NCBI GenBank assembly: GCA_016188495.1
Contig: JACPHU010000028.1
Coordinates: 38,325-102,324 of the forward strand
Direction of reading: 5' to 3'
Source: Candidatus Uhrbacteria bacterium
Lineage (GTDB): Bacteria > Patescibacteriota > Patescibacteriia > UBA9934 > GWF2-40-263
DNA length: 64,000 nt
Shown here: one piece after another, positions 36,908-46,279 of the stretch
Position numbering within the stretch: the first letter of the stretch is position 1
How the letters are laid out: each line of letters begins with the position of its first letter
Program-made: the position numbers and the translations under genes
The notes under the pieces: generated by a model
What the model saw: only the letters and a program-made list of their open reading frames with translations
The model's database searches: none
Told to the model about the DNA's origin: nothing

Positions 36908-37567
36908 ATGTTTGATGATATTCATCCCGAACCTGAGGATATGTTCGATGAGACCGACAAGGTAGCTCCTCAATTGAATCCGCCCACGGCTCCTTCAATA
37001 GGTGTTTCTTCACAGGGTTCTGCCTCTGGGGTTGCAAATCCTCCATCATCTTCTGACGGGTCTCTTTCAATGGGGGAATTGAGCGAACCTAAAAAAACAG
37101 GTCCATGGAAAGCCGTTCTTCTTATTGTGGGCATTGTAGTGGTTGTAGCAGGCGCCCTGTTTCTTTCCATGAAAATTTTAAGTTCCAAAACAGATGTTGT
37201 TCCAGAACCTCCCGTCGTTACTGACATTCAAACTCAGCCTCCCGTATCAGACACAGCTCCTACCCAAGAACAGCCCGATCAGCAAGAACCGGTCATCACA
37301 AAGGAACCTGAAAAAACGTCTTCGCGTGTAGATACCGACAAGGATGGACTTACTGATGAAGAAGAAACGGAATTAGGTACAAGCTCGAAGACGGCAGATA
37401 CGGACAGTGACGGATTGTTTGACTTTGAGGAAGTCAAGACATGGGGAACAGATCCCGTTAATCCTGATACGGATGCAGACGGATATCTGGATGGGGCAGA
37501 AGTGAAAGCGGGTTATAATCCAAATGGGCAAGGGTCATTACGTGAAGCGCCTTCAGAATCTTCCTAG
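36908..37567 (+). CDS. Membrane-anchored protein with TSP3-like Ca-binding repeats
   Basis: TM, Pro-rich linker, DTDKDGLTD/DTDSDGLFD/DTDADGYLD. Confidence 0.85.
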   Translation: MFDDIHPEPEDMFDETDKVAPQLNPPTAPSIGVSSQGSASGVANPPSSSDGSLSMGELSEPKKTGPWKAVLLIVGIVVVVAGALFLSMKILSSKTDVVPEPPVVTDIQTQPPVSDTAPTQEQPDQQEPVITKEPEKTSSRVDTDKDGLTDEEETELGTSSKTADTDSDGLFDFEEVKTWGTDPVNPDTDADGYLDGAEVKAGYNPNGQGSLREAPSESS

Positions 37568-37693
37568 ATCTTTGCAAAACTCGCGATCTTGCCTTTCACG
37601 GGCGCCCACCCTCCACACTTTCCCTATTGTGAATAGGGTTCGTGCGGCAGGGCAGCCCGTTCAAGGCAATCTCATCGAGTTTTGCAAAGATCT
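37566..37693 (+). repeat. Palindromic element family P, copy 4 (intergenic)
   Basis: Perfect 18 bp IR AGATCTTTGCAAAACTCG; shared core. Confidence 0.92.
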
Positions 37694-37710
37694 CCCTAAT
37701 TTTTACCACT

Positions 37711-38781
37711 ATGGCTCAGGATCATTCACAAAAAATCGAACAGCCAACGCAGATTCAGACACAGCCTGGTTTGGAGGCTCGTATTTTTACGATGCCTGAG
37801 CCCTATCGCCATGGAGCACAAGGCAGCTTGCATCAGCCGGAGACGAAAACTCCTCCAACGCCTCCTGTTCAAACTCAACCCCCCGCAGCACCGGTTGCCT
37901 CAACGTTGACCAAGCCTTCTGTTCCTGCAAAGAAACGTTCCGCAAGGAAAATTATCCTTTTTTCAGGAGTGATGGTTTTGGCACTGTTGAGCGTGGGGGG
38001 ATATGTTCTTGTTCAACAGAACAAAAAGGCAACCCAGACACCTGTGGTGACGCCCGCCCCAACTCCTAGACCGGCTCCTGACGTACAGCCTGAACCAGTC
38101 AAAGAACCTGTGGTGAAAGAACCCGAAACAGAGGAACCGGAGGTTTTTCCTGTGGAGATTGTTCCTGGAGTCGATTCTGATTCAGACGGTTTATCAGACA
38201 TAGAAGAAACACTCGTGTATAAGACCGATCCACGTTTGCCCGATACAGATTCGGATGGCTTTTTGGACGGAAATGAAGTGTTTCATCGCTATAATCCTGG
38301 AGGCACGGCTCCTGGAACTCTTTTGGGTTCAGGTTCGGTAAAGATTTATAAGGGTACGGCCATAGAGATTTTGTATGAATTTTATTATCCTTCCGGTTGG
38401 AGTTATCAAGAGGTTCAAAACGAGGTCATTTTAGATGCCCAAACGGGAGAAGGATTCCATGTCTCGGTTTTCTCCAATCCAGAAAAACTGAGCTTCAAAG
38501 ACTGGATAAAAGAGAATTTTCCTACCGCAACCTTTGTCAGCGGGGTCACCAAGAACGGTTTGCCGATGATGCAGGGCGAGGATCAGAGGACGGTTTATCT
38601 TGATTTGAATTCGGTTATTTTGAGCTTTGTCTACGATCCAGGAATAAAGACACGTGTGGATTATCTTCAAACGTTCCAAATGATGTTGAACAGCGTTCAG
38701 GTCGTGGGAGCTGTTGAAAACATCGAAAATAACCCTGAGGCATCGGCGATTCAACCGGAAGAATCAGAAACAGCTCTATGA
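37711..38781 (+). CDS. Membrane-anchored protein with Pro-rich linker, TSP3-like repeats and PsbP-like C-terminus
   Basis: DSDSDGLSD, DTDSDGFLDG, YEFYYPSGW..FQMMLNS. Confidence 0.8.
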   Translation: MAQDHSQKIEQPTQIQTQPGLEARIFTMPEPYRHGAQGSLHQPETKTPPTPPVQTQPPAAPVASTLTKPSVPAKKRSARKIILFSGVMVLALLSVGGYVLVQQNKKATQTPVVTPAPTPRPAPDVQPEPVKEPVVKEPETEEPEVFPVEIVPGVDSDSDGLSDIEETLVYKTDPRLPDTDSDGFLDGNEVFHRYNPGGTAPGTLLGSGSVKIYKGTAIEILYEFYYPSGWSYQEVQNEVILDAQTGEGFHVSVFSNPEKLSFKDWIKENFPTATFVSGVTKNGLPMMQGEDQRTVYLDLNSVILSFVYDPGIKTRVDYLQTFQMMLNSVQVVGAVENIENNPEASAIQPEESETAL

Positions 38782-39215
38782 TTACGGCTGAATTGAATCA
38801 GGCAGGTTTAAGAGGGGGACAGTGTTTGCCAAAGAAACGTCTTCAAGAAGTGCTTTCGGCCTGTGCTCGCATTCTTGGTGTGAAAAAGCAGATCGTTCTT
38901 TCTATCGGTTTTGTTTCTGAAAAACAGATTCGAACGCTTAATAAAATCTGGCGACAGAAAGATCGCGTGACAGATGTTCTCTCCTTCGAGTTAGATGACG
39001 TGTTCTTAAAGGGGGAGGTCTTACTCAATTATGAACAAGCAAAACGTCAGGCTCTTGCTTTGAAACACTCAACTCGAGATGAACTGTGTTTTTTGATCGT
39101 TCATGGCGTGCTTCATCTTTTCGGACACGACCACGAGAAACAACAGGATGCCCAGCGTATGTTTGCTCTTCAGACAAAGATCCTCAAATCCCTTGGCATT
39201 GATAGCCGAATATGA
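38778..39215 (+). CDS. ybeY: rRNA maturation endoribonuclease YbeY
   Basis: LN..WR.KD..TDVLSF, HGVLHLFGHDH. Confidence 0.95.
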   Translation: MITAELNQAGLRGGQCLPKKRLQEVLSACARILGVKKQIVLSIGFVSEKQIRTLNKIWRQKDRVTDVLSFELDDVFLKGEVLLNYEQAKRQALALKHSTRDELCFLIVHGVLHLFGHDHEKQQDAQRMFALQTKILKSLGIDSRI

Positions 39216-39589
39216 TCGAACTTCACCGTCTTCTAAAGAGTTTTTCCCATGCGTTACGTGGCGTGGGTGTTGTGTTCAAGACCGAACAAAGTTTCAGGAT
39301 ACAAATAGGTGTTGCGATACTCGTCCTTTTTTTGGCTCTTTTTTTTCGTATTCAGGCATTTGAATGGATTATTTTGTTTCTTCTTGTGGGATCTGTCTTA
39401 ATCCTTGAGCTTATTAACAGTATTTTTGAACGCATTGTGGATACGTTTAAACCTAGAATCCATCCTGTGGTAAAGGATATTAAAGATATTATGGCCGGAG
39501 CGGTTTTATTAGGATCTCTTATTTCTTTGTTCATAGGTATTGTTATTTTTTTACCGCACGTCTTAGAGCTTGTTCGTAGCTTTGCTTAA
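39212..39589 (+). CDS. dgkA: Diacylglycerol/undecaprenol kinase
   Basis: SF.HA.RG, ELINS.FE..VD, IKDIMAGAV; follows ybeY. Confidence 0.88.
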   Translation: MIELHRLLKSFSHALRGVGVVFKTEQSFRIQIGVAILVLFLALFFRIQAFEWIILFLLVGSVLILELINSIFERIVDTFKPRIHPVVKDIKDIMAGAVLLGSLISLFIGIVIFLPHVLELVRSFA

Positions 39590-39609
39590 GGTTATACTTG
39601 ATATAATGT

Positions 39610-40869
39610 ATGTCAGATGAGATTTTTACAGGGCTTGATGTTGGAACGTACGCGATTCGCGTTGCTGTAGGCAGACTTGTGCCCTCACCAGAAGGAGGTG
39701 AACAAATTCATATTATTGGTGCCGTAGAAGTTCCTTCTGCTGGTGTCAATAAAGGAACCATTACGAATCTAGAAGATGCGGTCTCTTCTATTTCTCGAGC
39801 TCTTGAACAAGCAGAACGAATTACTGGGGTTCCATTGGGCAAAGCCTGGGTAGGAATCAATGGAAGCCATATTATTTCTCAGGAATCTCGGGGAGTTGTC
39901 GGAGTTGGACGAAGCGACGGAGAAATTCGTGACGAGGATGTTGAACGTTCCATTGAAGCCGCCCGAACAGTAGCAACCCCAACCAACTACGAGATTATTC
40001 ACGTCATTCCGAAAAGTTTTACGGTTGACGGCCAGCGTGGAGTCAAAGACCCTGTGGGAATGAACGGCATTCGTCTTGAGGTCGATGCGATTATCATTCA
40101 AGGATTGGGTTCTCAAATTAAGAATTTGACCAAGGCCGTGTATCGTACAGGCCTTGATATCGAGGATTTGGTCTTTGCGGTTCTTGCCACGGCTGAGGCG
40201 GTTGTTTCAGATCGTCAAAAGGAACTTGGGGTGTGTGTGGTGAATATTGGTGCCTCTACAACCAATGTGGTTGTGTACGAAGAAGGGGACATCCTCCACA
40301 CAGCCGTGTTGCCTATCGGATCAGATCATGTGACTTCAGACATTGCCATCGGGCTGAGAACTTCCATCGAAGTTGCCGAACAGGTCAAATTGCATCATGC
40401 CACATGTCTACCTGAGGAAGTAAATAAAAAAGAAGAAATTAATCTTGGTGAACTGGGAGCTCCTGAAGAAGAAATTGTAGGAAGAAGATTTATCGCAGAT
40501 ATTACAGAAGCTCGCATTCAAGAAATTTTTGAACACGTGGACCGTGAACTTAAAAAGGTTGATCGTTCTGGCATGCTTCCTGCCGGAGTCGTTTTGACCG
40601 GCGGGGGAGCAAAATTAAGTGGTATTTTGGAGGCAGCCAAATCGGCTTTCCGACTTCCTGTTTCCTTGGGGACTCCCATTGGCATCACAAGTGTCATTGA
40701 TCGGATCAACGATCCATCCATGAGTACAGCCATGGGCTTGGTCCTATGGGGCCATCATATTCGAGGAGCAGGAACACGAGGTGGAATCAGTCATTTTCTT
40801 TCTCGTTTTGGAGACATGAATAAAATCACCTCAGGGTTTAAGAAGATTTTTCAATCTCTCAAACCATGA
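39610..40869 (+). CDS. ftsA: Cell division protein FtsA
   Basis: GLDVGT, DPVGMNGIRLE, NIGASTT, GVVLTGGGAKL. Confidence 0.96.
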   Translation: MSDEIFTGLDVGTYAIRVAVGRLVPSPEGGEQIHIIGAVEVPSAGVNKGTITNLEDAVSSISRALEQAERITGVPLGKAWVGINGSHIISQESRGVVGVGRSDGEIRDEDVERSIEAARTVATPTNYEIIHVIPKSFTVDGQRGVKDPVGMNGIRLEVDAIIIQGLGSQIKNLTKAVYRTGLDIEDLVFAVLATAEAVVSDRQKELGVCVVNIGASTTNVVVYEEGDILHTAVLPIGSDHVTSDIAIGLRTSIEVAEQVKLHHATCLPEEVNKKEEINLGELGAPEEEIVGRRFIADITEARIQEIFEHVDRELKKVDRSGMLPAGVVLTGGGAKLSGILEAAKSAFRLPVSLGTPIGITSVIDRINDPSMSTAMGLVLWGHHIRGAGTRGGISHFLSRFGDMNKITSGFKKIFQSLKP

Positions 40870-40900
40870 GGCTTTCAGGGTGGAATTTAAGCGATATGTT

Positions 40901-40929
40901 AAAAAGAAGATATACACATCTTCTTTTTT
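40901..40929 (+). terminator. Terminator after ftsA
   Basis: AAAAAGAAGAT..ATCTTCTTTTTT. Confidence 0.65.
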
Positions 40930-40935
40930 CTTTTC

Positions 40936-40963
40936 TTGACAGCAAAGGTACCGGTGTTAAAGT
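40936..40963 (+). promoter_or_regulatory. Probable ftsZ promoter TTGACA-16-TAAAGT (TGn)
   Basis: Consensus -35 and extended -10. Confidence 0.55.
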
Positions 40964-41076
40964 GTGAATGATTTTTGTGCTCAGTAGAGCGAATTTTGAG
41001 CACATTATGTGTTCAAGCGACAGTATTTTTGTAAGTAAGACTCGTAACTTGTACCTAAATTTTGTTCACTACTTCT

Positions 41077-42318
41077 ATGGCCCAAGTCAAACCAGAAATT
41101 GAAACCTTTGCTAAGATTAAGGTGGTTGGTATTGGAGGAGGCGGTGGTGCAGCGGTTAATCGCATGATCAGCGATAACATTAAAGGCGTTGAATTTATCG
41201 TGATCAACACCGATGTCCAGGCGCTTAATCAAAATTTAGCTGCCCGTAAGATTCCTATTGGAAAAACAATCACCCGTGGATTAGGCGCAGGAATGAATCC
41301 TGAAGTCGGATCAAAAGCAGCCGAAGAAAATCAAAACGAAATCAGAGAGGCTCTCACAGGTTCCGACATGGTCTTCCTTACGTGCGGACTCGGTGGAGGA
41401 ACAGGAACAGGCGCCATTCCAGAAGTGGCAAAGCTCGCCAAAGACATCGGTGCGCTCACTGTTGCGGTGGTCACCAAGCCTTTTACGTTTGAAGGAGCCC
41501 AACGAAGACGTATTGCAGAGGAAGGGTTTGAACGTCTTTTGAAACATGTCGATGCTATTATTACCATTCCAAACGATAGAGTCCTTCAAATTATTGATAA
41601 GAAAACGTCTTTGATGGATGCCTTTAATGTCGTTGACGATGTGTTAAGACAGGGTGTCCAGGGGATTGCTGAGCTTATTACCATTCCTGGTTTGATCAAC
41701 GTGGATTATGCGGATGTGAAAGCGATTATGGAATGTTCGGGATCGGCACTTATGGGTATCGGTCGCGCTACTGGGGAAAATCGCGCGGTCGAAGCGGCAA
41801 AGCAAGCGATCGCCAGTCCATTGCTTGAACTTTCTGTCGATGGAGCCAGAGGCATTTTGTTTACGATTTCGGGAGGAAGCGATTTGGGAATGCACGAGGT
41901 GGCAGAAGCCGCAAAGGTGATTACCAGTTCTGCTGACGAAGACGCCCGTGTCATTTTTGGAGCGAACATTAACGATGACATGAATGAGGAGGTTCGTATT
42001 ACGGTCGTTGCCACAGGATTTGATTCTCGTGAACGCCGCACCAAGACTCCTGGAACCGTTGAGGTTCAGGCACAAAGCATCTGGTCTTCCAACGCGCCCC
42101 TTCGTATGCGTGAAGATGAACCCATGGCTCAAAAACCCAAAGTAAATTTTCAGGCACCTATGGCGGAGCGTCCTTCCATGATGGTGGAACGTCCACCTGT
42201 TTCTAAAATGGAGTTTCCCAAACCCGCACCTAAACCAAGCATGCCTGTTCAGCCTCCCGCACAGAAAGAAGAGGATGAAATCGAAATTCCAGCGTTTATT
42301 CGTAAGAAGATGATGTAA
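41077..42318 (+). CDS. ftsZ: Cell division protein FtsZ
   Basis: GGGTGTG tubulin motif, NVDYADV, C-terminal EIPAFIRKK. Confidence 0.98.
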   Translation: MAQVKPEIETFAKIKVVGIGGGGGAAVNRMISDNIKGVEFIVINTDVQALNQNLAARKIPIGKTITRGLGAGMNPEVGSKAAEENQNEIREALTGSDMVFLTCGLGGGTGTGAIPEVAKLAKDIGALTVAVVTKPFTFEGAQRRRIAEEGFERLLKHVDAIITIPNDRVLQIIDKKTSLMDAFNVVDDVLRQGVQGIAELITIPGLINVDYADVKAIMECSGSALMGIGRATGENRAVEAAKQAIASPLLELSVDGARGILFTISGGSDLGMHEVAEAAKVITSSADEDARVIFGANINDDMNEEVRITVVATGFDSRERRTKTPGTVEVQAQSIWSSNAPLRMREDEPMAQKPKVNFQAPMAERPSMMVERPPVSKMEFPKPAPKPSMPVQPPAQKEEDEIEIPAFIRKKMM

Positions 42319-42338
42319 CCCTATTTTTACAGGGATAT

Positions 42339-42368
42339 AAAAACAGCCACTGTTGTGGCTGTTTTTTT
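42339..42368 (+). terminator. Terminator after ftsZ
   Basis: AAAAACAGCCAC-TGTT-GTGGCTGTTTTTTT. Confidence 0.85.
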
Positions 42369-42402
42369 GGTATAATAGAACTTATTGAATTTGATTGAAT
42401 GT

Positions 42403-42888
42403 ATGTATTGCGCTGTTTGTAACCATAAAGATACAAAAGTGGTTGATTCCCGTATTTCTTCCGATGGTGCCAGTGTTCGTCGTCGTCGCGAGTGTGAGAA
42501 ATGCGGTTTCCGCTTTTCTACATTAGAAGAAGTGGAGCTTCTTGATTTGACCATTGTGAAGCGTGATGGCCGGCGTGAATCATACTCACGAGAGAAGCTG
42601 ATTCGAGGTCTTGAGAAATCGCTTGAAAAACGTCCGTTTACGGACCAAGCATTTCAGAAATTGGTGCACAAAATAGAACGGGATGTCCAGAAAAAACGAC
42701 GCGGCCAATTAACCACGCAGGAGCTTGGTGAAATTGTCATGAAGCATTTAAAAGTTTTTGATAAAGTGGCTTACATTCGTTTTGCTTCCGTCTATCGTTC
42801 TTTTGAAGACGTGCAAACATTTGAATCAGAGTTACAAAAATTGAGCCAGAAAGAGAAAGGGGCGAGAAAAGGAAGAACAAAAAAATAA
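42403..42888 (+). CDS. nrdR: Transcriptional repressor NrdR
   Basis: CxxC..VVDSR..RRRRECEKC.FRFST.E, ATP cone, D.VAYIRFASVY. Confidence 0.97.
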   Translation: MYCAVCNHKDTKVVDSRISSDGASVRRRRECEKCGFRFSTLEEVELLDLTIVKRDGRRESYSREKLIRGLEKSLEKRPFTDQAFQKLVHKIERDVQKKRRGQLTTQELGEIVMKHLKVFDKVAYIRFASVYRSFEDVQTFESELQKLSQKEKGARKGRTKK

Positions 42889-42898
42889 AGATTGTTTT

Positions 42899-44125
42899 AT
42901 GACGGAATTTAAACAACCAAAAACAAAAACCATTATTATTTTTTGTCTTATTGCATCGACCGTTTTTGGCGCTTTGGCAGGAGGGTTTACCACTTTTTTT
43001 CTCACAACAGATCTTAAACGCTCGATTGTCGGAGATATCAAGGACGGACAGATGAGCCAACAGGCCGTTCAATCTCGTATTGTCGAACTTATCGAAGATG
43101 AAACAGCGAGTATTGCTGTAGTTGAACAGGTGACCCCTGCGGTTGTGAGTATTGTTGTAAAGAAAAATCCAGGAGACCTGGAAGGATATCAAAAAGAATA
43201 TTTTTTGAATGATTCTTTCTATCAAGCCCAATCTCTTGAGGATGGATTCGTTTCGCCATTGGTTGAGGTAAGCAGCGGAACCGGTTTTTTTGTCACAGCA
43301 GACGGATATGTCTTAACCAACCGGCATGTGGTCTCTGAAGAGAATGGTCTTTTTTTTGTTGTGACAAACGATGGAGAAGAACTCCCTGCAACTTTGGTTG
43401 ATGTTGATCCTCTTCAAGATATCGCTATTTTGCATGTTGAAGGCGAGGCCTTTGCCACCGTTACTCTTGCAGATTCTGAAGATATCCGTATCGGCCAAAC
43501 GGTTATTGCTATTGGAAATACTCTTTCTGAGTTTCGCAACACGGTAACCAAGGGGGTTGTTTCGGGGATTAATCGCCGTGTCACCGCAGGGGATGCGTAT
43601 AACTCTGAGGTGATTGAACAGGCTATTCAAACAGACGCTGCTATTAACCCAGGAAATTCAGGTGGGCCGCTCATCAATTTGTTAGGAGAGGTCATCGGTA
43701 TCAATACAGCCGTGAGTTTTCAGGGCGAGTCTGTTGCATTTGCAATCCCTATTAACGAAGCAAAGCGTGCTGTGGAGGATGTGAGATTGTATGGCCGGAT
43801 CCTGCGTCCTTGGTTGGGTATTCGTTATGTCTTGGTAACTCCTGAAAAGATCGGAAGTGCCTTACCAGTATATGATGTGGGTGCACTCGTTGTTTCGGGA
43901 GAACAACCCGGAGAAGAGGGTATTTTCGAAGGTTCTCCTGCTGATTTGGGTGGGCTTCAGGAGGGGGATATCATTGGGTCTGTGAATGGCGAATTGTTTA
44001 CCCAAGACCATGCATTGGCAGAACGGATTTCCGCATTCCGACCAGGAGACGTTGTGCGTCTTGATGTATTACGAAATCAAGAGTGGTTAGAAATCACACT
44101 AACCCTTGCCGAATACGGTGAATAA
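42899..44125 (+). CDS. HtrA/DegP-like serine protease with PDZ domain
   Basis: TNRHVV, DIA, QTDAAINPGNSGGPL, PDZ C-terminus. Confidence 0.95.
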   Translation: MTEFKQPKTKTIIIFCLIASTVFGALAGGFTTFFLTTDLKRSIVGDIKDGQMSQQAVQSRIVELIEDETASIAVVEQVTPAVVSIVVKKNPGDLEGYQKEYFLNDSFYQAQSLEDGFVSPLVEVSSGTGFFVTADGYVLTNRHVVSEENGLFFVVTNDGEELPATLVDVDPLQDIAILHVEGEAFATVTLADSEDIRIGQTVIAIGNTLSEFRNTVTKGVVSGINRRVTAGDAYNSEVIEQAIQTDAAINPGNSGGPLINLLGEVIGINTAVSFQGESVAFAIPINEAKRAVEDVRLYGRILRPWLGIRYVLVTPEKIGSALPVYDVGALVVSGEQPGEEGIFEGSPADLGGLQEGDIIGSVNGELFTQDHALAERISAFRPGDVVRLDVLRNQEWLEITLTLAEYGE

Positions 44126-44140
44126 TATTTTTACGAATTT

Positions 44141-45544
44141 ATGAATAAACGAACAAAAATTATTTGTACGGTCGGTCCTGCCAGTGCGAGTGCTTCCATC
44201 CTTGAATCGATGATGCGTGCTGGAATGGACGTGGCACGACTCAATTTTTCTCATGCGACCTATGCCGATCATAAACGTCTTATTCGTGCGATTCGAACCG
44301 CATCAAAAAAAGCAGGAGTCCATGTTCCTCTCCTTGGAGATCTTCAAGGTCCTAAGATTCGCCTCGGCCAACTTCCAGAAGCGGGCGTTGAACTCATGAA
44401 TGGTTCAGAGATTATTTTGACAACAGCTACCAACCGATATACGGAAGGGTTCATTCCTGTGACGTATAAAAATCTCCATAAGGATCTCAAAAAAGGAGAT
44501 CGGATGTTAATTGATGATGGAATTTTGGAACTTCATGTTCGAGAGATTAACGGCAAACAGATCCGAGCGCTCATCGTCAATGGGGGAACGGTGACTTCGC
44601 ATAAAGGAATGAATTTTCCGGATTCAACCCTTCATGTTTCTGCCTTTACCAAAAAAGATCGAGAAGATACGTTGTTTGCCATTGAACAGGGAGTCGAATG
44701 GATTGCCTTGTCTTTTGTGACAGGCCCCAAAGAAATTTTGTTGTTAAAGCGACTCATTAAACAACATACTCCCAAAGGCATCGCTCCAGCGCGTGTCATT
44801 GTAAAAATTGAAAAACACGAAGCCATTAATCGATTTGATGAAATTCTTTCCGTGACCGATGCGGTCATGATTGCTCGCGGGGATTTAGGCGTTGAGATTA
44901 ACGCGCAAGAAGTTCCTTTGAGACAAAAAGAGATTATTGAAAAATGCCGTCAGGCAGGCAAACCCGTGGTTGTGGCTACACAGATGCTTGATTCAATGAT
45001 TCGCAATCCTCGTCCAACGCGTGCGGAAGTGTCAGACGTGGCAAACGCCGTGTTTGATCATACGGATGCCGTGATGCTTTCCGGAGAATCTGCCACAGGA
45101 AAGTTTCCGTTAAAAGCGGTAAAGATGATGGCTTCAATCATTAAGGAAGCGGAAGCCTCTGTGTTTGATGACGTTCCTCTTTTTTTGGATATAAGCCAAG
45201 AACCGGTTACAGCTTCTTCGCAGAGTATTAAATTGTTGACGATAGAAGGTTCTATCCACGGCGTTCTCGCTTCCCATACGTTGGCTCCGTGGTCAGAAAT
45301 GGCATTGAAGACCCGACCAGAAGTTCCGATGTTTATTGCTGTATCCTCTGAAAGGGAAGCAAGGCAGCTTACGATCCGTTGGGGGGTCCATCCTTTTGTC
45401 TTAAAAAAACAACAAGAAAAAACGTTTGTTCGTTTAGGTCTTCAGAAATTGAAAAAGGATCGAATGGTAAAAAAGAACATGCGTCTGGCCGTCATATTAG
45501 GAAAACAGCACGGAGAGGGATTTGATCTTGTCACTGTTGCTTAA
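44141..45544 (+). CDS. pyk: Pyruvate kinase
   Basis: TKIICTVGP, RLNFSH, DLQGPKIR, ARGDLGVE, ATQMLDSM, MLSGESA. Confidence 0.97.
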   Translation: MNKRTKIICTVGPASASASILESMMRAGMDVARLNFSHATYADHKRLIRAIRTASKKAGVHVPLLGDLQGPKIRLGQLPEAGVELMNGSEIILTTATNRYTEGFIPVTYKNLHKDLKKGDRMLIDDGILELHVREINGKQIRALIVNGGTVTSHKGMNFPDSTLHVSAFTKKDREDTLFAIEQGVEWIALSFVTGPKEILLLKRLIKQHTPKGIAPARVIVKIEKHEAINRFDEILSVTDAVMIARGDLGVEINAQEVPLRQKEIIEKCRQAGKPVVVATQMLDSMIRNPRPTRAEVSDVANAVFDHTDAVMLSGESATGKFPLKAVKMMASIIKEAEASVFDDVPLFLDISQEPVTASSQSIKLLTIEGSIHGVLASHTLAPWSEMALKTRPEVPMFIAVSSEREARQLTIRWGVHPFVLKKQQEKTFVRLGLQKLKKDRMVKKNMRLAVILGKQHGEGFDLVTVA

Positions 45545-45546
45545 AC

Positions 45547-45576
45547 AAAAAGAGATTCGGAATCGAATCTCTTTTT
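45547..45576. terminator. Bidirectional terminator
   Basis: AAAAAGAGATTCG-GAAT-CGAATCTCTTTTT between convergent genes. Confidence 0.85.
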
Positions 45577-45583
45577 CGTTGTG

Positions 45584-46078
45584 TTACTGCGTGATTAACT
45601 CCGTGTTTTCTTCTGGTTGAGGTTGTGGTTCTTCTGCCGGACCCGTTGTTCCTCGAGATTCCTCTGTCCCTATGAGCCATTTTTCACAACGAGGATCTAG
45701 ACAGGCTTGAATGGCGAAGACGTATTCGGTTTCAGGTGTTAATCCATCCGGATCAAGGCTTACGCGATCGTGTTCGCCTGATTCTGTGCGTGTGTATCCT
45801 GAAAGAGGTTCTGTGACGGTGATGACAAAGTGATTATAGGGTTGCTCGGGTTTGCTCCATTCAAGACGCAACTGCGTAGGAAATCCAACCGTTACTCCAT
45901 TTACCTCTTTTGGACGGAAGGGGAGAACCTGCATCTGAGCATCCCAGGTACCGCTGGCATTTTCAAACAACGCTGGGTGAACCTTCGGGATCGCTTCTTC
46001 CCGTTCTCGATTCCAGAGCACAAACCCCAGGACTCCAAGAATAATCAAAACAACAGCGACTTTAAAATAGGATTTCAT
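45584..46078 (-). CDS. Membrane-anchored fibronectin type III-like protein
   Basis: N-terminal TM; LEW..P..Y..GLTPETEYVFAIQA. Confidence 0.75.
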   Translation of the reverse strand: MKSYFKVAVVLIILGVLGFVLWNREREEAIPKVHPALFENASGTWDAQMQVLPFRPKEVNGVTVGFPTQLRLEWSKPEQPYNHFVITVTEPLSGYTRTESGEHDRVSLDPDGLTPETEYVFAIQACLDPRCEKWLIGTEESRGTTGPAEEPQPQPEENTELITQ

Positions 46079-46108
46079 ATAACGCCATTTTAGCTTGATT
46101 AAGGGTAT

Positions 46109-46137
46109 TTGACGAGATCAGCTCATGGAGTTATGGT
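46109..46137 (+). promoter_or_regulatory. Promoter TTGACG-17-TATGGT for the leader/GNAT transcript
   Basis: Spacing and position 10 nt upstream of the leader ATG. Confidence 0.6.
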
Positions 46138-46146
46138 TAAAAGGCT

Positions 46147-46194
46147 ATGATCACCTCTACCACACATTCAGCTTGGTGGCGCGACCTTTCCTAA
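46147..46194 (+). CDS. TrpL-like leader peptide MITSTTHSAWWRDLS
   Basis: 15 codons with tandem TGG TGG followed by Arg, stop inside the pause hairpin. Confidence 0.8.
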   Translation: MITSTTHSAWWRDLS

Positions 46195-46259
46195 GGAAGG
46201 TCGATGGTTTGTCTTATTCAAAAACCACTCAGATCTTCCTGGGTGGTTTTTGTTTTTTT
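46182..46259 (+). promoter_or_regulatory. Transcription attenuator (pause, antiterminator, terminator)
   Basis: 1:2 CGACCTTTCC/GGAAGGTCG; 2:3 AGGAAGGTC/GATCTTCCT plus TGGTTT/AAACCA; 3:4 AAAAACCACTCAG/CTGGGTGGTTTTT + T tract. Confidence 0.8.
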
Positions 46260-46279
46260 ACACACGAGGAGAAAGAATC

